From the NCBI GenBank assembly GCA_038139415.1, contig JAYOSV010000004.1, forward strand, positions 6,233 to 70,232: DNA of 64,000 bases. The letters are read 5' to 3'. The DNA comes from Verrucomicrobiales bacterium (GTDB lineage: Bacteria; Verrucomicrobiota; Verrucomicrobiia; Limisphaerales; UBA1100). How positions within the stretch are numbered: the stretch's first letter is position 1; the number at the start of each line of letters is the position of its first letter. Below the pieces are notes generated by a model. That model ran no database searches. It was not told the origin of the DNA and saw nothing but the letters and a program-made list of their open reading frames with translations. The position numbers were made by a program, and so were the translations under genes. This document shows, in pieces, positions 57,233 through 64,000 of the stretch.

Positions 57233-58384
57233 ATGCCCAAGGCCGACACTGCCCTGGATCCCGTTGCGTTGCGTGACAAGGCGCAGCGGCAGACGGGTCT
57301 GTCGGATTTCGGCGGCACAACCTTTCACGAGCCATTCGAGATTCTCCTGCAATCCCTGCGGGACGAGGCGCAGCTTAACGCCCGCGGGGTGTTCATGCTG
57401 CATCGCACGATGCTGCGGCTGCTCACCAATCGGCTGCGCACCGAGCAGGCTTTTGCGGATAACCCGGCACTCGCCGAGACGCCGATCCCGCGGCCGCTGT
57501 ATGTCATTGGATTCCCGCGCACGGGCACGACCCTGCTACACAATCTGCTCGCATGCGATCCGGCGGCGCGTTGGATGCGCCTTTGGGAAGGCCTCTATCC
57601 GGCGCCGGCACCGCAATCGCTGGAGGATGATCCCCGCATTGCCGAGGTGGAGGAATGGGCGGCTGGTTTCGAGAAGGTCGCCCCGCGACTGGCGGCTGCC
57701 CACAAGCTGGACCCGCGCGGGCCGGAGGAATGTCTCTGGCTCATCGAGCATACCTTCAACGATCTAATCTTCGAACTGCGCGCCCATGTGCCCACCTACT
57801 CGCGCTGGCTGGCCGAGCACGAGGCGGATGTCGACATTCATCAATATTACCGCCGCCAACTCCAACTGCTCGGTGCCCATTGCCGTGGCAATCATTGGGT
57901 GTTCAAGGCGCCGCGGCATCTGCCCGGGTTGGCCGGATTACTCGCCGTCTTCCCCGAGGCGCGCATCGTGCAAACCCATCGCGATCCCGCCGCCGTGCTG
58001 CCCTCGCTCTGCAGTCTTTGTGAGATTCTGCGCGGAGCGGCCAGTGATGCCGTGGACAAACCCGCCATTGGTGCTCATTGGCACGCGCGGTTGAAGGCCA
58101 TTTTTGAACAGGCCACCGCGGTGCGTGCCATGGCGGCGGAAGGTCAGATTCTCGATATCCAATACGCCGATCTCGTGGTGGATCCAATCGCCACCGTGCA
58201 GCACATCTACGCGCATCACGGGTATGAATTCACCGAACCCTTCGAGTCTGCCATGCGCCAATGGCTCGCCGCCAATCGCCAACATAAACACGGCTCGCAT
58301 CGATATACGCTGGAGGAATACGGCCTGAGCGAGGCGCAAGTGCACGAAGATTTCAGCGAATATACGAAGGAGTTCGGGTTGTAA
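57233..58384 (+). CDS. Sulfotransferase family protein
   Basis: 383 aa. PAPS 5'-phosphosulfate-binding loop GFPRTGTTLLHNLL. Confidence 0.85.
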   Translation: MPKADTALDPVALRDKAQRQTGLSDFGGTTFHEPFEILLQSLRDEAQLNARGVFMLHRTMLRLLTNRLRTEQAFADNPALAETPIPRPLYVIGFPRTGTTLLHNLLACDPAARWMRLWEGLYPAPAPQSLEDDPRIAEVEEWAAGFEKVAPRLAAAHKLDPRGPEECLWLIEHTFNDLIFELRAHVPTYSRWLAEHEADVDIHQYYRRQLQLLGAHCRGNHWVFKAPRHLPGLAGLLAVFPEARIVQTHRDPAAVLPSLCSLCEILRGAASDAVDKPAIGAHWHARLKAIFEQATAVRAMAAEGQILDIQYADLVVDPIATVQHIYAHHGYEFTEPFESAMRQWLAANRQHKHGSHRYTLEEYGLSEAQVHEDFSEYTKEFGL

Positions 58385-58385
58385 A

Positions 58386-59444
58386 ATGAACGACCTGCAA
58401 CAAGCTTGGGCTAAATGGAACGACGCGCTCGCGGAAGCAGCAACGAAGGTGGAGATGTTGACCGAAGGTCGACCGACTTCGGAACGCGCCGAAGGGTATC
58501 GTTTTCTAACACGCATCACGGCGGCGATGACGGAGTTTCAAATGGAACAAACGGCCGATTGGCCGAGCTTTGTGCAGGTGATGTCGGCCGCGCGCAAGTT
58601 TTACGTGGACAACCCCGACACGCTCTACCACCGCGCCACGCTGGATCCGCGCCTCGGCTATCGCGTGCGGGGCCGGCGCGGGGATGAGTTGTATTTGTCG
58701 TTTTGTGTGTACGGCCTTCGCGGTCGCCGCAACGCCATCCTCGCCAATGCCTGCGATGACGAATTGCAGTTCGCAGAGGATGGCACTTTCGAGCTGGTGC
58801 TGTCCGTCGAACGGCCCCCGAGCACAGTCAATTGGCTGCCGCTCGATCGCAATGCCCACACGTTGGTGACGCGGCAATATTTTGCCGATCGATCCCAGCG
58901 CCCAGCGGAGCTGCAAATCGAAACGCTCGATCCGCAACCGCCGTCGGCTGCTCCGGATGAAAAACAAACCGCCCGAAGCATCCGCGGTCTGGCCGAATCC
59001 GTGACGCGCACCTTGGCCGCGACCGAGGCGGCGTCTGAGCTGTGGCTGCAGCGCCCAAATGAAGTGAGCGTGGACAGCACGGCCGATGATTGGGCCAGCC
59101 TGTTTGCCACGCCGGACAACGATTATGTGGGCGGCTGGTACGCGCTAGCCGAGGATGAGGCGCTGGTGATGGAAGGCCGTGCGCCGGCGTGCCGCTACTG
59201 GAGCGTGCAGTTGTGTAGCCGTTGGCTGGAGAGTCGCGATTATGTTAGCCGCCGGGTAATCCTGAATCACACGCAAGTGCCGCTCGCGGCTGATGGCACC
59301 TTCCGCATTGCCATCGCCCATCGTGATCCGGGCCTGCCGCATTGGCTCGATACCGCCGGCCATTCCGAAGGCGGCGCGATCTTTCGCTGGTTATTGCCTG
59401 AGGGCGACAGGGAGCGGCCGACGTTTCGCGTGATCAAGATTTGA
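58386..59444 (+). CDS. DUF1214-like protein (tentative)
   Basis: 352 aa, starts 2 nt after the sulfotransferase stop. General resemblance to DUF1214 proteins that accompany such sulfotransferases. Called from memory only. Confidence 0.5.
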   Translation: MNDLQQAWAKWNDALAEAATKVEMLTEGRPTSERAEGYRFLTRITAAMTEFQMEQTADWPSFVQVMSAARKFYVDNPDTLYHRATLDPRLGYRVRGRRGDELYLSFCVYGLRGRRNAILANACDDELQFAEDGTFELVLSVERPPSTVNWLPLDRNAHTLVTRQYFADRSQRPAELQIETLDPQPPSAAPDEKQTARSIRGLAESVTRTLAATEAASELWLQRPNEVSVDSTADDWASLFATPDNDYVGGWYALAEDEALVMEGRAPACRYWSVQLCSRWLESRDYVSRRVILNHTQVPLAADGTFRIAIAHRDPGLPHWLDTAGHSEGGAIFRWLLPEGDRERPTFRVIKI

Positions 59445-59862
59445 GATCTTTCGCGAATAACTGCGATGGATCCTTGAACGATTTGAACTCCAGAAAATTC
59501 CCGCTCGGATCCGGAAAAAACATTGTGGCCTGTTCCCCTACCTCGCCTGCGAAGCGAATGCACGGATCGATGTGAAAGGCCACATCCACCGCGCGCAGGC
59601 GATCGGCCAGCGCGTGCCATTCCGCCCACGGCAACACCACGCCAAAATGTTTCACCGGCACGGCCTGTTTGTCTACGCCGCTGAAGGTGCTGTTACCCGT
59701 CTCCTCTGGAGCCACGTGCGCGACGATTTGGTGCCCGTACAAATCGAAATCAATCCAGCTTGCACTCTCTCGCCCGGTGCCACACCCGAGCACATTCACA
59801 TAAAAATCCCGCGTGCTCTCAAGATCGTTGACGGGAAACGCGAGATGAAACGGCGCCTGCAT
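59434..59862 (-). CDS. VOC (glyoxalase/bleomycin-resistance/dioxygenase) family protein
   Basis: 142 aa, [27 protein letters not shown]. Confidence 0.8.
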   Translation of the reverse strand: MQAPFHLAFPVNDLESTRDFYVNVLGCGTGRESASWIDFDLYGHQIVAHVAPEETGNSTFSGVDKQAVPVKHFGVVLPWAEWHALADRLRAVDVAFHIDPCIRFAGEVGEQATMFFPDPSGNFLEFKSFKDPSQLFAKDLKS

Positions 59863-59903
59863 GGGCGCAGTGTAGTTGGGCCGCCGGGAGGTGGCGAGGG
59901 CGG

Positions 59904-61241
59904 TTAATCGAGCTTGGGCGGCGGCGGGATGAAGGAGGGATCGACGCTTTCCACCGGCTCGCCCATGTCATCCCAGAACAACGATGCGGAGAGCAGTCCG
60001 TTGGTGAAGGTTTCCTCCATACGCTTTTGGCCGTTAGAATGGAAATATACGAGTGTGCCGTTGCCGTCGATCACCTGACCGCTCTGGGCATCGGTGGCAT
60101 CCCATGTGGAGGCGCGTTGCAGCTTGGGGGTGCCGTTGTCGTCCTGCCAAAAACCCTCGTACTCCAGCGAACCATCCTCGCGATACCATGCAGTACGGCC
60201 CTGCGGAATGCCCTTGAGGTATTCGGCCTCAAATTCTTTCTGGCCGTTCTCGTACCACCAAATCACGGTGCCTTCGTGTTTACCAATGACGACCGGTTCC
60301 TCGCGCTTCTTCTTAGTGCGATCCTTATCCCAAAACTCGAGCACAGTGCCGTTGAACGGCGTGGCCGCAGCGAGCTGGGCCTGGAGCAATTCGCCCTGTA
60401 ACCGCGTGCTTTCATCCGGATCCGTGGCGGCTTCGATCTGTTGGTTGAGTTTTTCCAACAAGGCATCGTCGGCGCGTTGGTAGATGAATTCACCGCGCAC
60501 TTCAGAATCGGCCACCAAAATCGCGCCGATCGGCAACGGCTGAACGCCGGGAGGCAGCGTGGGTTGTGTGGGATCCACTTGAGGGCGTTGGGCGATGAGT
60601 TGGCCGTCTTCATCCCATTCCTTGGCTCGAGTAGGGTAGCCCAATTCGTCGTAATGATTTTCTGCCAACACCAGTTCGCCGGTGTCATTCCAGAGCGTTC
60701 CGGTTTCGGCGAGACGGCCGCGATTAATGTAGGCCACCAAAATTTGCGTGCCATTATTTTCGAGAATTACCCGACCAGTGTAGGGTTCAGCTTCGTAGGC
60801 GGCTGGTTTCATTTTGGTGGTGCCGTCGGTGTCATCCACCTCATAAGTCAGTGCGCCAAAATCCGAACTAAAGATTTCCCGTACCGGCGGTAAATAGCTG
60901 AAGTCACGCGAAGTTTCCTTCACCGCAAAATACAGTGCGGTATCCCATAAATCTGCCTGCGGTACGGCGTTGCTGGGAATGGCTCCGCCGGCGAGGTCAT
61001 TGGGATTGGGCATCGGTATCGCTTGCCGGCTTTCATCCAGCCGCGCCAAAAACTGTGGTTCAATCAGGCGTGGATATTGGTCGTCGGCAGCCATAGTGAG
61101 CGTGCCCGCCGGTGTGGGAGCCGAGCACCCTGCGGACCCGGTGAGGAGTCCACAGAGGCTCGCTGTAACGGCAAAAAAGCCGCTTTTTAGCGTTTTTTCT
61201 ATGTTAACAGCCTCATTCGGCGTCAAATTCACCTTATTCAT
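59904..61241 (-). CDS. MORN-variant (YwqK-like) repeat protein, probable lipoprotein
   Basis: Start at Met29 ([11 protein letters not shown]). Hydrophobic segment ending ...GSAGCS. Repeats such as [42 protein letters not shown]. Confidence 0.65.
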   Translation of the reverse strand: MNKVNLTPNEAVNIEKTLKSGFFAVTASLCGLLTGSAGCSAPTPAGTLTMAADDQYPRLIEPQFLARLDESRQAIPMPNPNDLAGGAIPSNAVPQADLWDTALYFAVKETSRDFSYLPPVREIFSSDFGALTYEVDDTDGTTKMKPAAYEAEPYTGRVILENNGTQILVAYINRGRLAETGTLWNDTGELVLAENHYDELGYPTRAKEWDEDGQLIAQRPQVDPTQPTLPPGVQPLPIGAILVADSEVRGEFIYQRADDALLEKLNQQIEAATDPDESTRLQGELLQAQLAAATPFNGTVLEFWDKDRTKKKREEPVVIGKHEGTVIWWYENGQKEFEAEYLKGIPQGRTAWYREDGSLEYEGFWQDDNGTPKLQRASTWDATDAQSGQVIDGNGTLVYFHSNGQKRMEETFTNGLLSASLFWDDMGEPVESVDPSFIPPPPKLD

Positions 61242-61354
61242 AGCCGGGTTGCGGGTATAACGGAGCAATTCCTGTACCGGTTTGTGAATAACTTTGCAAT
61301 CCCGAGCCGGGCAGCTCATGGCCAAACAAACTGGTTCCTCCTACTCTATGCCGC

Positions 61355-61687
61355 ATGGCGCATACGCGCAAATGTCCCCAGTGCGGCACTCCCGTAGTTG
61401 GCACGCGATCGGTGTGCCCACGTTGCCAAGGTGGGATGGAGGGATCGCATCGCTGGGATGATCCTCTGGATCGGCGCAGTGCCCGTGAAGAAAAACTCCA
61501 CGCGGCTAATGTGCGCATGCGCAATAGCGGCATCGGCCTGTTCATCATGGGCGTGCTGTTGTTGAGCCAGGGCGTGGATGGCGCGGCCAATCGGCTGACG
61601 CCTGTGGGAGCGATGGGCGTTCTCTTTATCGTGGTGGGCACCATCTGTTTTCTTTGGGGCTGGAAATTGAATCAGCTCGAAAAATAA
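61355..61687 (+). CDS. Zinc-ribbon membrane protein (hypothetical)
   Basis: 110 aa. CPQC...CPRC, then two hydrophobic helices. Confidence 0.5.
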   Translation: MAHTRKCPQCGTPVVGTRSVCPRCQGGMEGSHRWDDPLDRRSAREEKLHAANVRMRNSGIGLFIMGVLLLSQGVDGAANRLTPVGAMGVLFIVVGTICFLWGWKLNQLEK

Positions 61688-61710
61688 AAAAGGCGGGCCG
61701 AAGCCCGCCG
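61681..61710 (-). terminator. Rho-independent terminator (minus strand) after the DUF4399 gene
   Basis: GGCGGGC (61692-98), loop cgaa, GCCCGCC (61703-09). On the minus strand it is followed by TTTTTATTTTT. Confidence 0.65.
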
Positions 61711-61736
61711 TGGAAAGATGCGTGAGGCCTTTGTGC

Positions 61737-62210
61737 TTAGTTCTTTTTCTTGGGTGCTTCCACCTTAATGGTGATTTTTTTGGAGATCACCGGCGGATCA
61801 TGTGGGATGTGTGCAAAGTCCGCGAACACCAATTGCAGGGTGTGCTCACCCGGGGGCAAGTCCAGTGTCGTCTCGGTTTGCCCGCCGCCAAAGTGGATCA
61901 GCGTTTTCGAAGCGGCCAAAGGCAGGTTCATCGGCGGCATTTCCTCGGCATTCACCAGCAGGTGATGGTGACCGGTGTTTTCCTGTGGCTTTCCATTAGG
62001 CAGCACCAGACCGGCCGGGCAAACGCCCATGCCTTTCAGGCCAAAAACCACTCGAACTGGGCCGCGTACAGTCTTGCCATTTCTCGGCATCAGGATTTCC
62101 ACTTTCGCCCCTTTGGGAGACGGATTGCGCGGGATTTTGTTGTCCTCGGCCCAAGTGAATTGCGCGAGCAAGGCGCCCGCCAGACAGGTCAATAATAAGT
62201 GTTTCATCAC
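61737..62210 (-). CDS. DUF4399 domain-containing secreted protein
   Basis: 157 aa. Signal peptide. TGHHHLLVN...IHFGGGQTETTLDLPPGEHTLQLVFADFAH matches my recollection of DUF4399. Confidence 0.7.
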   Translation of the reverse strand: MMKHLLLTCLAGALLAQFTWAEDNKIPRNPSPKGAKVEILMPRNGKTVRGPVRVVFGLKGMGVCPAGLVLPNGKPQENTGHHHLLVNAEEMPPMNLPLAASKTLIHFGGGQTETTLDLPPGEHTLQLVFADFAHIPHDPPVISKKITIKVEAPKKKN

Positions 62211-62296
62211 AAGAATGGTTCAGGCCGATTGTGGCGAATGCGGGAGCGCGCGCAAGCCTTTGTTGCCGAATCGGTCAAACGATCTGAAACGCGCGC

Positions 62297-62593
62297 CTAT
62301 TCCGCAGCGGGCGTTTCGGCGGGGGCAGCTTCAGTCTCGGCGGCTTGGGCTGCCGCCTCTTCTTCCGCCGCTTTCTGGGCCGCCGCTGCCGCGGCTTGTT
62401 GAGAGAGATACAGGCTCAAGTGCAGTTCAGAAAACATCGTCCGCGCAAACCATCGCGCCATCAGGCCAAAGGCCGCCGCCGCAATGCACGCGCGCATCAG
62501 CGACACCCCAAGGTCATTGCCGTTCAATGTGTTCAGCCCGAACACCAGCAAAAACCCAATCATGCCGCCCTGTATAATATACTGTTTCATCAC
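62297..62593 (-). CDS. Small two-TM membrane protein with Ala/Glu-rich tail (hypothetical)
   Basis: 98 aa, two hydrophobic helices and a low-complexity AAAAAQKAAEEEAAAQAAETEAAP tail. Confidence 0.4.
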   Translation of the reverse strand: MMKQYIIQGGMIGFLLVFGLNTLNGNDLGVSLMRACIAAAAFGLMARWFARTMFSELHLSLYLSQQAAAAAAQKAAEEEAAAQAAETEAAPAETPAAE

Positions 62594-62641
62594 CTAAAAC
62601 CCACCCAATAGACCTCGGCGATTGACGAGGGAACTTTAGGT

Positions 62642-63424
62642 TTATTTCAGCCCGGAGACAATACGCGGTCCAAGGGTGTCGCCGCCGTCCAAGGGAAGGA
62701 TGTGGCCAGTGGTGTGGGTGGCCATGATCATGGCCAGAATACCGGACGCAATGTCGTCGGGCGTGGCTACCTTACCCAACACGGCTCCGCTGGCCTTGGC
62801 GCTGCGCACCGATTCGTAGGCTTCTCCCAAGCCTTGCTGAAGCCAATCGCCTTCGATGAAGCCGGGGGCCACGGCATTGACGCGGATTTCCGGACCCAGT
62901 GTGCGGGCTAGAGACAGGGTCAGGTTAATGACGGCCGCTTTGCTGGCGCAGTACGGGATGGAACTGCCGGCGCCCACCATGCCGGCGATGCTGGCGGTGT
63001 TGATGATCACGCCGCTCCCACATGCGGCCAAGGCTTCGCGCCCCGCCCGCGCCATTTGAAACGGGCCCTTGAGATTGACGGCCAGGATACGATCCCAATC
63101 CTCATCCTGCACGGCTTCGAGATCCGGGAAATCAATGAACCGTGTAGTGCCGGCGTTGTTGATGAGGATGTCGAGCCCACCAAATGTTTCGAGAGTTTGG
63201 GTGACCATATGGCGGCAGGCGACATCCTCCGCCACATCGCCCTGCACGACGAGGGCCTCCACGCCAGCCTCGCGGCATTGATGGGCTACCGCTTCGGCGT
63301 GTTCGGCGGATTGCTGGTAATTGATGGCCACCCGACAACCGGTCTGCGCCAACTGCCGTGCCGTTGCCGCCCCCACACCCCGCGAGGCGCCGGTGATGAG
63401 GGCCGATTTACCGGAAAGCGTCAT
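62642..63424 (-). CDS. SDR-family oxidoreductase (FabG-like)
   Basis: 260 aa. TGASRGVG cofactor motif, NNAG, catalytic YCASK. Confidence 0.9.
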   Translation of the reverse strand: MTLSGKSALITGASRGVGAATARQLAQTGCRVAINYQQSAEHAEAVAHQCREAGVEALVVQGDVAEDVACRHMVTQTLETFGGLDILINNAGTTRFIDFPDLEAVQDEDWDRILAVNLKGPFQMARAGREALAACGSGVIINTASIAGMVGAGSSIPYCASKAAVINLTLSLARTLGPEIRVNAVAPGFIEGDWLQQGLGEAYESVRSAKASGAVLGKVATPDDIASGILAMIMATHTTGHILPLDGGDTLGPRIVSGLK

Positions 63425-63428
63425 CAGT

Positions 63429-64000
63429 CTATTTCAATTCCTTGAGTACCAAATTGCGCCAACGAACCTGTGCGCCGACGAGATCCTTTTTCCCGCCGAT
63501 GCCATGCACCTGTAGGCCGATGAAGCCCTTGACGGTGAGGGTGTCCTTGAAATTGGCACGCGGCACGCCGTTCAGCCATGTCTTGATCGAGTCGCCGCGG
63601 CACTCGACGCGCACTTTATTCCACTTGCCGGGTTTGTAGGTTTTGACTCCAGTGGCAGTAAACTTAGCCGCATCGCCGCCGTGTTGGCCGGGGAAGAGCC
63701 AGCCGCGCCGACCTTCATCATAAATGCCGCCGCTCCACATGCGGTCGGGTTTATTCGGGTCGATCTCCACCTGATACCCGTGCACGCGGCCTTTGGCGAT
63801 TTTCCGCGTCTTGCCATTGCCGAGATCCACGGTGGTATCTTTGGCAAACATATTGGACCGGATTTGCACGCCAGAGTTAAGGCGGTTATCGCACAGGTAC
63901 TCGTATTCGAGCACGAAATCCCCATAGAGTTTCTGGGTGCACATGAAAGAATTCGGTGTGCCGGCCACCGCTGTGCCGACGATTGCACCCTCTTCTACCG
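63429..64000 (-). CDS. DUF1080 (3-keto-disaccharide hydrolase) domain protein, 5' end beyond the window
   Basis: FVLEYEYLCDNRLNSGVQIRS, GYQVEIDP, WNKVRVECRGDSIKTWLNG and GFIGLQVHG. The reading frame appears to stay open to the window edge, so the gene is partial. Confidence 0.8.
   Translation of the reverse strand, partial: VEEGAIVGTAVAGTPNSFMCTQKLYGDFVLEYEYLCDNRLNSGVQIRSNMFAKDTTVDLGNGKTRKIAKGRVHGYQVEIDPNKPDRMWSGGIYDEGRRGWLFPGQHGGDAAKFTATGVKTYKPGKWNKVRVECRGDSIKTWLNGVPRANFKDTLTVKGFIGLQVHGIGGKKDLVGAQVRWRNLVLKELK

Noticed and set aside
1-64000. Search by eye for CRISPR arrays, IS/transposase, integrase, phage, toxin-antitoxin, restriction-modification, retron/DGR reverse transcriptase and rRNA genes.
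   Set aside because: None found. There are no regularly spaced direct repeats and no ORF with transposase, integrase or RT motifs. The MORN/YwqK-like repeat proteins are repeat lipoproteins without a toxin partner.

Overview
Chromosomal window, GC-rich by eye (not computed). Gene content points to the PVC superphylum, most likely Verrucomicrobiota. The evidence is two DUF1501 + DUF1549/DUF1553 (PSCyt/PSD) gene pairs, a formylglycine-type sulfatase, DUF1080, LRR and MORN/YwqK-repeat proteins, and CPPC thioredoxin-like lipoproteins. Housekeeping genes recognised from the translations are ychF, obg, rpmA, rplU, rpmE, prfA, proC, leuA, pgi, mnmG, ffh, a class II DAHP synthase and tRNA-Tyr(GTA). 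I saw no CRISPR array, rRNA, IS element, integrase or phage gene. The best candidate for an undescribed system is a two-gene minus-strand operon at 52140-55818. Its first gene encodes a polytopic membrane protein with two EF-hand-like loops and a C-terminal three-helix module loosely like MotA/TolQ/ExbB. Its second gene encodes a protein with an Asp inside its single N-terminal TM helix, about 300 aa of coiled coil, and a C-terminal domain resembling a Ser-less trypsin fold. This is the layout of an ion-driven 5:2 stator-type machine, but neither protein matches a family I recognise. Other points of interest: a POT transporter with about 218 aa of PKD/Ig-like repeats inserted between its last two TM helices; a BacNav-type channel with an acidic TLEDWTD filter; a possible Leu-leader attenuator upstream of leuA; two candidate structured RNAs closed by strong terminators (about 13.0-13.36 kb minus strand, about 24.04-24.20 kb plus strand); and a codon-usage-atypical block containing pgi and mnmG. 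All family calls come from motif recognition in the supplied translations. No database search was run.
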